A stretch of 10,412 nucleotides of DNA from NCBI GenBank assembly GCA_964247135.1, contig CAXTTL010000173.1, positions 1 through 10,412 on the forward strand, written 5' to 3'. This DNA is from an uncultured Deinococcales bacterium (GTDB lineage: Bacteria; Deinococcota; Deinococci; Deinococcales; JAAFIG01). Of this stretch, positions 1 through 7,010 are shown in pieces. The notes under the pieces were generated by a model. It was not told the DNA's origin. It saw nothing but the letters and a program-made list of their open reading frames with translations, and did no database searches. The position numbers were made by a program, and so were the translations under genes. The first letter of the stretch is position 1, and each line of letters starts with the position of its first letter.

Positions 1-221
1 AGTTTGTTGTGCCTGCAAACTCTTGGCAGGCGGGTTACATGCTGCCAGGTGGTCGGTACTCGCTCTTTGGTTGCACCATGTCGCCAGGGTTCACCAGCAA
101 CGTTTTTGAGGCTGGGATCGCCGCAGAGTTGATCGCGCAATACCCAACTCGAGCCGCCGATATTTTGCGCCTCAGTGTCAACGGGCATCAAACCCGAATG
201 CCAGAAAACTTTGCGACCTGA
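1..221 (+). CDS. Cupin domain protein, DUF985/cupin_5 family (5'-truncated by window edge)
   Basis: Frame is open from position 3 (FVVPANSWQAG...YSLFGCTMSPGF...FE...ELIAQYP) and resembles the C-terminal half of DUF985 cupins (VPxxxWQ...SLxGCTVxPGF...L...YP). Ends at TGA 219-221. Confidence 0.8.
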   Translation, partial: FVVPANSWQAGYMLPGGRYSLFGCTMSPGFTSNVFEAGIAAELIAQYPTRAADILRLSVNGHQTRMPENFAT

Positions 222-250
222 ACACCTCGAGCCATACGTGGAAAGAAATA

Positions 251-331
251 GGCTCCCTTCCTCCTGATGTTGGGAGAAGCGCCCAAGCCCGCAGGTGCTG
301 CTTTAAGGGCAAGAAGGGTCGGGGATGAGGG
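251..331. repeat. REP-like small dispersed palindromic element (CCCTTC..N..GAAGGG..GGGGATGAGGG type) with an internal 32-nt insertion
   Basis: Sequence is GGCTCCCTTCCTCC-TGATGTT-GGG[AGAAG]-32 nt-[AGAAG]GGTCGGGGATGAGGG. Removing the insert and one AGAAG copy leaves an imperfect hairpin followed by GGGGATGAGGG, a widespread intergenic repeat layout. Only one copy is visible in this window. Confidence 0.5.
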
Positions 332-420
332 TAGACAAGCATTTGCTGCCTTTTTGAAGTCTCGAGACTCAAAATTTGATTTCAGGAATATATCATCGAA
401 GTTGTACTGCACAGCTTCAA

Positions 421-457
421 TCCGTTCAGGTTCGGTTCAGACCCATTTTCGTACTCT
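421..457 (+). promoter_or_regulatory. Putative promoter of the lipoprotein gene: direct repeat with 11-bp period plus -10-like hexamer
   Basis: TCCGTTCAG (421-429) and TCGGTTCAG (432-440) match at 8/9 positions, 11 bp apart. TACTCT (TAnnnT) lies at 452-457. SD AGGAG is at 506-510, before ATG 518. Confidence 0.4.
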
Positions 458-517
458 TATCCCATCAAAAGCCGAACCGCGAGATACGCGCTCAGGGCTT
501 TGAAAAGGAGAACGAAC

Positions 518-1000
518 ATGAAAAACTGGTCTGACAAGTGGATGGGCGCAATAACGGCGGATGCCAAGAAACTCTCGAGCTTGGGGGCTGTGGCGACATT
601 TGTGCTGCTGGCGGGATGCAACCAGAACGTGACGACTGATCCGCCAAAAGGTTTGGCAGTCCCGCAAAACGTGCTGGCGATTGCCGACGATGCGAACGTG
701 ACAGTGGTTTGGGATGCCGTGCTCGATGCCAAAGTGAAAGGCTACAATGTTTACCAAGATGGCGTGAAGGTCAACTCCGACCCGATCTCGAACCTCAGCA
801 CGACCAAAACCCGAGCCGCCAATGCCGCCAAGCGCTTGTCGTTTACGGTCAAAAACGTTGGCGCGGAAAAACTCCATAAGTTTGGTGTGCGTGCCATCGG
901 TGACGACGGCGAAAGTGAAGGCAGCGTCGAACCTGAAACCAAACCACTGGTTTGCACGCGCTACAAAATTTCTGGAACGGACATGGGCGCGTATTATTAG
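518..1000 (+). CDS. N-terminal part: lipoprotein with fibronectin type III domain
   Basis: SD AGGAG 506-510 and ATG 518. Hydrophobic stretch ends in lipobox LAGC (Cys34). FN3 pattern P-N-V-A...VTVVWDAV...GYNVYQDG...FTVKNV...FGVRAI..DGES. Stops at TAG 998-1000. Confidence 0.75.
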   Translation: MKNWSDKWMGAITADAKKLSSLGAVATFVLLAGCNQNVTTDPPKGLAVPQNVLAIADDANVTVVWDAVLDAKVKGYNVYQDGVKVNSDPISNLSTTKTRAANAAKRLSFTVKNVGAEKLHKFGVRAIGDDGESEGSVEPETKPLVCTRYKISGTDMGAYY

Positions 1001-1030
1001 AACATCAGGCTGACCAAAAGCGGCGCGAAC

Positions 1031-3406
1031 TTGACCACCGCCACCGTCAAAGTCAACGCTGCGAACATCGCTTTTAATGGAGGCTCGAGCATTTATCAAG
1101 GTACGTTGGCTGCCGCTGTTCCCGTCGGTGGCAACGTCGAACTTTTGACCGCCGACGGCGACTGCTTGGCGTATGCCCACGATGTCGTGCCAGAAAGCGC
1201 AGTTTTGATTGCTCCAGCCGCAGGTGCAACCGTCAATGCCACCGCCATCACGCCAGTCACTTGGACTTCAACCAGCAATCCAGACCGTTTTGTGGTGTCA
1301 GCCACGTGGTTGATTGACCCAACCAGCGGCACGGGTTGGCGCTCGAGCGACCTGCCAGGCACGGCACGCAGCTTTGATATTCCTGCGGGCACACTGCCTG
1401 TCGGTAAGACCGTGAAAGTGCGCGTTTATGCCTACAATGACGGCGAGGAGACGTTTATTGGCGCTTACGAGGCAGGATCGAAGATGGCGATTCGCAACGC
1501 CGACGAGATCGGACACGACGTCACGACCGTCGAGGTCACGCCAGACCCAGTCGGCACACCTGGCGTCAGTTGGGGCGACCCGCACCTGATTACGCTCGAT
1601 CAACTCGGTTACGAATTCCAACCCGTCGGCGAGTACGACCTGAGCTTCTCGAGCGACAGCCAATTTAGGGTTCAAGCCCGTCATCAACCTTGGGGCGGCA
1701 GCACGGCGGTCAGCGTCAACACCGCCATTGCCACGCAAATGAACGGCAAGAAAGTTGGTTTGTACATCAATCCACCTGCCGGTCAAAGCCCGCTGCGCGT
1801 CGGTGATACTGGTGTTCGCACGGTGGTTCCAGCCACGGGACTCGATCTGGGTGCCGGATATTCAATCACCCTTTCAGGCTCGAGTTACAGCTTCAAATAC
1901 CCCAATGGCGACAAACTGGTTGTTAGCTCTGGAGGTTCGTACTTGAACGCTTTGGTCTACCCAGCCACCACTCGAGTTGGTCAGATGAAGGGTTTGCTTG
2001 GCAACATGGACGGCGACCTTGGCAACGAATTTGTCAAACGCGACAACAGCATTTTGATGCCGCCAACAAACCAGGCTTTGGTGCACGAGTATGCCAATTC
2101 TTGGAGCGTTCCAAGCTTGAGCGACTCGCTGTTTGTTTACGATGCCAACGAACAATTCGGTGGTTTCAACAACCCCGATTTCCCAAGCAGCCAACCTCAA
2201 TCCAGCCCAGAGCAACAAGCCGCCGCCAAACAAACCTGCCTGGACGCGGGCACACTCCCCAAGAACCTCGAGAATTGCATCACCGATGTCACCCAGACCG
2301 GCAACAACGACTTTGGCAAGGGTGCGGCGGGTGTGCAAGAACCCGTCAAGCAAATTCAACCTGATGCGATCAAGAAGCCCGATTTGGTCGTGGTTGATGG
2401 CAGCATCAAATTTGGCGCGTGCCGCCCGTACTCGATCTACGGTTACGGTCAAGTGACCGTCAAAAATATTGGCACCGCCGCCAGCCCAGCCATTTTGGAC
2501 AAAGGTATTGTGCAAGTGGTTCATGCCGATGATGCTGGTCTTGGTGCTGGCTACCGTGGTCAAGGTGTGGGCTTGCAGAGCCTGTCCCCAGGCGAGGTTG
2601 CCACCGTCGATGTCAACGTGGCTTACCCCTTCACCAACCCAGTCGGTGCGGACACCAGCCACGACTACGTCGCCCGAGTGGACTTTGGCAACTGGATCGA
2701 CGAAAGCAATGAAACCAACAACGTCCTTGCCACAAAGCTCCACCTCGAGATTCCAGCGGGCGCTTGCAAAAACCATGTGGCAATCGTGTACAGCAAAGAC
2801 AAGAGTGTTGCCCAAGCTTACGAAATCGGTCTCGAGAAAAAAGGTTTTGACGTGACCCTGCTCGATGCCGCAACGTTAAGTGACACCAACATTGGCGCGG
2901 TTTCCAAATTTGAACTGATCTTGATCGATTCCGAATCTGGTTACTTGAACACCTGGGCTGGCGGCAGCGCCGCAGCCAACGCCGTCCGCCTGTCCAAACG
3001 TCCAGTGCTCGGCATTGGCGAGGGTGGCTACTCGTACCTGGGACTCTTCAAATCACCGCTCGGCTGGGCAAACGGTTGGCACTCTGGCGCTGGTGACATG
3101 AACTACACCAGCATGGGTCATGCCTCACAATCTGGACCATTCGCCGTCAGCGTCGCCGCAGGTTTGGTGGACATCGCAAACCCGCAGATGCCAAACGTCG
3201 CCATCTCCCTGCCACAACCAAGTGCCGCCCTCGAGCTGGTCGGACGGCAAACCGGTGATGCCAGCCATTACATCGCAGCCCTCAACCTCAAACCAACGGC
3301 GGCAACAGGTTGGGCGGAAGGCATCTGGGGCTTTAGTGGCAAACCCTACTACACTGAAAACGGTTGGAACACCCTCTCGAACCTCGGTTGGTACATGATC
3401 AAGTAA
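1031..3406 (+). CDS. C-terminal part: VWD (von Willebrand factor type D) and CARDB domain-containing protein
   Basis: WGDPH at 1571-1585 followed by F-Q-x-x-GEY. GLLGNMDG from 1991. Cys pair in AKQTC...ENCITDV. CARDB-like PDLVV...TVKNIG...LSPGE...IDESNETNN at about 2378-2722. Ends at TAA 3404-3406. Confidence 0.75.
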   Translation: MTTATVKVNAANIAFNGGSSIYQGTLAAAVPVGGNVELLTADGDCLAYAHDVVPESAVLIAPAAGATVNATAITPVTWTSTSNPDRFVVSATWLIDPTSGTGWRSSDLPGTARSFDIPAGTLPVGKTVKVRVYAYNDGEETFIGAYEAGSKMAIRNADEIGHDVTTVEVTPDPVGTPGVSWGDPHLITLDQLGYEFQPVGEYDLSFSSDSQFRVQARHQPWGGSTAVSVNTAIATQMNGKKVGLYINPPAGQSPLRVGDTGVRTVVPATGLDLGAGYSITLSGSSYSFKYPNGDKLVVSSGGSYLNALVYPATTRVGQMKGLLGNMDGDLGNEFVKRDNSILMPPTNQALVHEYANSWSVPSLSDSLFVYDANEQFGGFNNPDFPSSQPQSSPEQQAAAKQTCLDAGTLPKNLENCITDVTQTGNNDFGKGAAGVQEPVKQIQPDAIKKPDLVVVDGSIKFGACRPYSIYGYGQVTVKNIGTAASPAILDKGIVQVVHADDAGLGAGYRGQGVGLQSLSPGEVATVDVNVAYPFTNPVGADTSHDYVARVDFGNWIDESNETNNVLATKLHLEIPAGACKNHVAIVYSKDKSVAQAYEIGLEKKGFDVTLLDAATLSDTNIGAVSKFELILIDSESGYLNTWAGGSAAANAVRLSKRPVLGIGEGGYSYLGLFKSPLGWANGWHSGAGDMNYTSMGHASQSGPFAVSVAAGLVDIANPQMPNVAISLPQPSAALELVGRQTGDASHYIAALNLKPTAATGWAEGIWGFSGKPYYTENGWNTLSNLGWYMIK

Positions 3407-3421
3407 AGCAATAAATCCAGC

Positions 3422-3453
3422 AACTCCCGCCCAAGTTTGGGCGGGAGTTTTTT
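3422..3453 (+). terminator. Rho-independent terminator
   Basis: CTCCCGCCCA (3424-3433), loop AGTT, TGGGCGGGAG (3438-3447), then TTTTTT (3448-3453), starting 16 nt after the TAA. Confidence 0.9.
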
Positions 3454-3513
3454 GTCGCCAAGTCACGCCCAAAATCTCGAGAATCTGTGCCTAAAAACGA
3501 TCAAAAGTTGTCT

Positions 3514-3547
3514 AAATGACGCCGAAATGACGCCTTGGTTATACCCT
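3514..3547 (+). promoter_or_regulatory. Perfect 10-bp direct repeat (AAATGACGCC x2, 11-bp period) followed by -10-like TACCCT
   Basis: AAATGACGCC at 3514-3523 and 3525-3534; TACCCT at 3542-3547. The geometry matches winged-helix (OmpR/SARP-type) activator sites. Confidence 0.5.
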
Positions 3548-3593
3548 AAATTTGCGCTTTGAGTTCAGCAAAGCAGGTCAAAGAAAGGACGAT

Positions 3594-3659
3594 ATGGACA
3601 ATCCCTTTTGTATCCCTCGGATGCAGTATTTGACTCCCACAATCGAGTACCACCCTTAA
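3594..3659 (+). CDS. Candidate small ORF, 21 aa (MDNPFCIPRMQYLTPTIEYHP)
   Basis: Purine-rich SD (AAGAAAGGA, 3581-3589) precedes ATG 3594; TAA at 3657-3659. It lies downstream of the direct-repeat promoter and is below the ORF-track length cut-off. Confidence 0.3.
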   Translation: MDNPFCIPRMQYLTPTIEYHP

Positions 3660-3762
3660 AAACGTTTCGGTTCGGGCAACCACAAAATGCTCAGGCGCAA
3701 CGCTTGCCTCCCCACTCGAGTTGCGTGTTCCAAAACCGTGAAAATTCAGGTCTGAAGTACCG

Positions 3763-3789
3763 AATCCTCGAGCGAAAATCTCGAGGATT
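3763..3789. repeat. Perfect 10-bp inverted repeat built on two CTCGAG sites (possible terminator or operator)
   Basis: AATCCTCGAG-CGAAAAT-CTCGAGGATT, followed by a T-rich stretch. Confidence 0.5.
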
Positions 3790-3911
3790 TTATCTTGAAC
3801 GTGTTGCGCGGACGCTCTTCTCTTGCACAGTTTCAATTCAGCTTCACGACAGCCGCAGTGGTTAATTTGGGGTTCAAGAACACTCAGACCTAGTAGCACT
3901 CGGAGGAAGAC

Positions 3912-4733
3912 ATGGACTACATAAAAACCCAAGACGGTACGAAGCTTTATGTCAAGTTGTGGGGTACGGGTCGCCCAGTCATTTTGATGCACGGCTGGCC
4001 ATTGAGCGCCGACACCTGGGACGACGGCGCGATGGCGCTGGCTGAAGCTGGGTTCCGTGCGATAGCTTACGACCGGCGCGGCTTTGGACGCTCGAGTCAA
4101 CCCTGGAGTGGTTACGAATACGACACCTTGGCAGACGACTTGGCTGCCGTGATTGAGGCGACTGAAGCGAAAGACGCCACGATCATCGGCTTTTCGATGG
4201 GCGGAGGCGAGGTTGCCCGTTACATGTCAAGACACAATGCCAAGAACGTGGTCCAGGCAGGTCTAATCTCGTCGGTGGTACCGTTCATGCTCAAAACCAG
4301 CGACAACCCGAACGGTGTCGATCAAGCCGTGTTCGATCAGATGGCGCAGTCCATGAAACAAGACCGTAGCAAATTCTTTGCAGGCTTTTTTAAGGACTTT
4401 TTCGCCGGCGGTCCAAGCTCGAGCCAAGCCAGCCCAGAATTGCTCGAGTGGGCGCGAAGCCTCGCCATGATGGCTGGTTTGAAAGGCACGCTCGAGTGCG
4501 CCAAAGCCTTTTCGAGCACCGACTTTCGACCCGACCTGGAAGCCTTTCATGTTCCAATATTGATCGTTCACGGAACCGCCGACAAGACCGTACCGATTGA
4601 CACGTCTGGTCGCCAAGCCGCCAAGAAAATCAAGAACGCCAGGTTTCTCGAGTACCAAGATGCGCCGCACGGCTTGTTTGCCACGCACAAAGAAAAGTTG
4701 GTGAAAGATTTGATCGATTTTTTAAAACACTGA
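3912..4733 (+). CDS. cpo: Alpha/beta hydrolase, non-heme chloroperoxidase/perhydrolase (arylesterase-like) family
   Basis: SD GGAGGA 3902-3907. Motifs HGWPL, YDRRGFGRS, nucleophile elbow GFSMGG, HGTAD (acid) and APHGL (His). 273 aa. Confidence 0.9.
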   Translation: MDYIKTQDGTKLYVKLWGTGRPVILMHGWPLSADTWDDGAMALAEAGFRAIAYDRRGFGRSSQPWSGYEYDTLADDLAAVIEATEAKDATIIGFSMGGGEVARYMSRHNAKNVVQAGLISSVVPFMLKTSDNPNGVDQAVFDQMAQSMKQDRSKFFAGFFKDFFAGGPSSSQASPELLEWARSLAMMAGLKGTLECAKAFSSTDFRPDLEAFHVPILIVHGTADKTVPIDTSGRQAAKKIKNARFLEYQDAPHGLFATHKEKLVKDLIDFLKH

Positions 4734-4757
4734 ATTAGACTTGATCCTGAGGTCCTC

Positions 4758-5210
4758 ATGGCAAAATTTATCAAACCCTCCGACACAACTCTACGCTCGA
4801 GACTCACGCCCCAGCAGTATCAAGTCACGCAGCAAAACGGTACAGAACCGCCGTTTGAGAACGCGTATTGGGACAACGATCAACCTGGGATTTACGTCGA
4901 TATCGTTTCCAACGAGCCGCTTTTTAGCACCCTCGACCAATTCGATTCCGATTGCGGCTGGCCCAGTTTCATCAAGCCTCTCGCGCCCGAAAACATTGAC
5001 ACGCGCACCGACCACGCCCACGGGATGCAACGAACCGAGGTGCGATCCATGAATGCCGATTCGCACCTCGGGCATGTCTTTGACGACGGTCCGGCGCCGA
5101 CAGGCTTGCGGTACTGCATGAATTCGGCAGCCATGAGATTCATTCCGCTCGAGGAACTCGAGGAGGAAGGTTTCGGTGAATATTTGGCGTTGTTTGAAGA
5201 GACAGATTGA
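4758..5210 (+). CDS. msrB: Peptide-methionine (R)-S-oxide reductase MsrB (zinc-independent type)
   Basis: [32 protein letters not shown] and RYCMNS (catalytic Cys). The two CxxC zinc motifs are replaced by DIVS and SMNA. GAGG SD at 4749-4752. Confidence 0.97.
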   Translation: MAKFIKPSDTTLRSRLTPQQYQVTQQNGTEPPFENAYWDNDQPGIYVDIVSNEPLFSTLDQFDSDCGWPSFIKPLAPENIDTRTDHAHGMQRTEVRSMNADSHLGHVFDDGPAPTGLRYCMNSAAMRFIPLEELEEEGFGEYLALFEETD

Positions 5211-5359
5211 TCGATCTGTCTCTCGAGCGATTTCATGATCCGCACTGAGCCGTATCAGGTCTTCGCCATCAAAATATGCAATGACCCTCGAGATTGCGTA
5301 CACGCACCGTTACTCGTGTTGTTCATCACACCCAACCGTGGTCTGATACTCACCGAGAA

Positions 5360-5368
5360 TGGTAAGCT
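5360..5368 (+). promoter_or_regulatory. Extended -10 element (TGgTAAGCT) just upstream of aroK; near-leaderless promoter
   Basis: TG-n-TAAGCT ends 9 nt before ATG 5378, and no SD is visible. Confidence 0.35.
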
Positions 5369-5377
5369 CGAGCCGAT

Positions 5378-5965
5378 ATGCCGCGCACAGGTGAACCCAT
5401 TCTGATCGAACGTCCCGTCTCCTGGGTGGCACTGGTGGGTTTTATGGGCACGGGCAAATCCAGAATTGGCTGGGAACTGTCTCGGGCGTTGGCGCTGCAT
5501 TTTGTCGACACCGACAAGGTGATCGAACGCATCACAGGTTTAACCATTCCACAAATTTTTGAACTTTACGGCGAACCCACCTTCCGCGCCTACGAAACCG
5601 AAATTGTGGACCGCTGCATTGCCCTGGACGAAGCCGTGGTGTCCTGCGGCGGCGGTACTTTCATGAACGACGAAAACCGCCTGAAGTTGCTCGAGCGCGG
5701 TCCGGTGGTCGCGCTGCGAGCCAGCCCAGAAACGATTTTTGAACGCACCAAACGCAGCACCCGCCCACTCTTGCAAGTTCCAGACCCCTTGGGTCGAATC
5801 TATGAATTGCTCGAGATGCGCAAACCGTTTTTTGACGCTGCGCCGATTCAAGTGTCCACCGACGGACGGTATCGCAAAGAGGTTGTGGCGGAAATCATTG
5901 CGCGACTCGAGGCTTGGCAGGATGGTGTCGAATTTGACCCGAGCAGTTTGGGAGAGCACAAATGA
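5378..5965 (+). CDS. aroK: Shikimate kinase
   Basis: P-loop [27 protein letters not shown] and RPLL. Overlaps aroB by ATGA (5962-5965). Confidence 0.96.
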   Translation: MPRTGEPILIERPVSWVALVGFMGTGKSRIGWELSRALALHFVDTDKVIERITGLTIPQIFELYGEPTFRAYETEIVDRCIALDEAVVSCGGGTFMNDENRLKLLERGPVVALRASPETIFERTKRSTRPLLQVPDPLGRIYELLEMRKPFFDAAPIQVSTDGRYRKEVVAEIIARLEAWQDGVEFDPSSLGEHK

Positions 5966-7008
5966 GCGAAGTTCAGGTTAAACTCGAGCCGCAATATACT
6001 GTTCGTATCGATCAGAATTTACTCGAGCGCGTGAGGGTTCCCCATGCCAGGGTTGCCGTTATTGCCGATGAAACCGCCGCGAAATACCACCTGACCAAAC
6101 TCGTCACCAGCCTCGAAGCGGGCGGCTCGAGCGTCAAGGTTTTTACCGTACCAAGGGGTGAAGCCTGCAAAAACCTGGATGTTTTCGCCAAACTCCTCTC
6201 GAGCCTCGCGCTAGAAGGTTTGACCCGAGACGCTGCCGTGGTCGCGCTCGGTGGCGGCGCAACCTCGGATTTGGCGGGTTATGTGGCTGCCAGTTACTTG
6301 CGCGGCATTGCGTTTTACGTTTGCCCCACAACCTTGCTGGCAATGGTCGATGCCAGCGTCGGCGGCAAAACCGGCGTCAACCTTCCTGAAGGTAAAAATC
6401 TGGTCGGCGCGTTCCATCAACCCAGTGGTGTTTTCGCCAGCCTCGAGACGCTGCTGACCTTGCCAGACCGAACCTTCCGCGAAGGTGCAGCCGAAGCCTT
6501 CAAACACGGTTTGATTGCCAACCCAAATTTAATGCAACCCATCCTCGAGCCAGATTTTAACGCCGAATCCGAAAAGCTCGAGGCATTCTTGAAAGATGTG
6601 ATTCAAGTCAAAGCCGATGTGGTCGCCATCGACCCCAAAGAAAAACACGAACGCGCCTTTTTGAATTACGGTCATACCCTCGCACACGCGCTCGAGGCGG
6701 TCACAAGCCACAAACTTCCGCACGGCGAGGCGGTCGGTTACGGAATGCACTATGCCGCAATTGTTGGCAGGATTCTGGGCTATGTGGACGTGACCGCGCA
6801 CACCAAAGCCTTCCTCGAGTACCAACAACCCGCCAAACTCCTCAACCTCGAGTTTACGGACGTTGACCCCTTCATGGCTCGAGACAAAAAAGCCGATTCT
6901 GAAGGTGTGCGATTTGTGATGCTGCATGAAATCGCCAAACCGAACCTCGAGCGCGTAAGTCGTAATGTGCTGCTCGAGGCTTGGGCGGAATTCAAAAGAG
7001 CGTTCTGA
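5962..7008 (+). CDS. aroB: 3-dehydroquinate synthase
   Basis: [68 protein letters not shown] and DKK. Translationally coupled to aroK. Confidence 0.97.
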   Translation: MSEVQVKLEPQYTVRIDQNLLERVRVPHARVAVIADETAAKYHLTKLVTSLEAGGSSVKVFTVPRGEACKNLDVFAKLLSSLALEGLTRDAAVVALGGGATSDLAGYVAASYLRGIAFYVCPTTLLAMVDASVGGKTGVNLPEGKNLVGAFHQPSGVFASLETLLTLPDRTFREGAAEAFKHGLIANPNLMQPILEPDFNAESEKLEAFLKDVIQVKADVVAIDPKEKHERAFLNYGHTLAHALEAVTSHKLPHGEAVGYGMHYAAIVGRILGYVDVTAHTKAFLEYQQPAKLLNLEFTDVDPFMARDKKADSEGVRFVMLHEIAKPNLERVSRNVLLEAWAEFKRAF

Positions 7009-7010
7009 TC

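Larger units (their letters stand above)
518..3406 (+). pseudogene. Single large secreted lipoprotein gene (FN3 + Ig-like + VWD + CARDB + C-terminal alpha/beta domain, 962 codons) interrupted by one in-frame TAG (nonsense allele, sequence error or read-through)
   Basis: ORFs 500..1000 and 1031..3406 are in the same frame. The linker 1001-1030 reads NIRLTKSGAN with no further stop. The only SD and signal peptide are at 506-620; the TTG at 1031 has no SD. Confidence 0.65.

Noticed and set aside
178-503. Short ORFs 178..372 (-), 188..412 (-) and 267..503 (+)
   Set aside because: They are translations of the REP-like element and promoter region, with no coding features.
500-517. TTG 500 as start of the lipoprotein
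   Set aside because: The SD AGGAG (506-510) lies inside this extension and is correctly spaced for ATG 518.
1031-1033. TTG 1031 as a genuine independent start
   Set aside because: It has no SD or nearby -10 and no signal peptide despite extracellular domains, and the frame continues upstream to the TAG. It is more likely an ORF-caller artefact, though not excluded.
998-1060. Pyrrolysine or selenocysteine recoding signal at the internal stop
   Set aside because: The codon is TAG, so it is not Sec. I see no convincing downstream hairpin, there are no pyl genes in the window, and this protein class is not a known Pyl user.
437-2815. Long antisense ORFs 437..1180, 1298..1786 and 1874..2815 (-)
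   Set aside because: They are shadow frames opposite the well-supported lipoprotein gene, with no recognisable motifs, and are expected from codon bias.
3546-4100. ORFs 3546..4100 (-) and 3608..3865 (+)
   Set aside because: Neither has a recognisable domain or SD. The first overlaps the hydrolase antisense, and both run through promoter or hairpin-like DNA.
5211-5359. Possible ncRNA or riboswitch in the msrB-aroK intergenic region
   Set aside because: I could not identify a conserved motif or stable structure by eye; an Rfam search would be needed.
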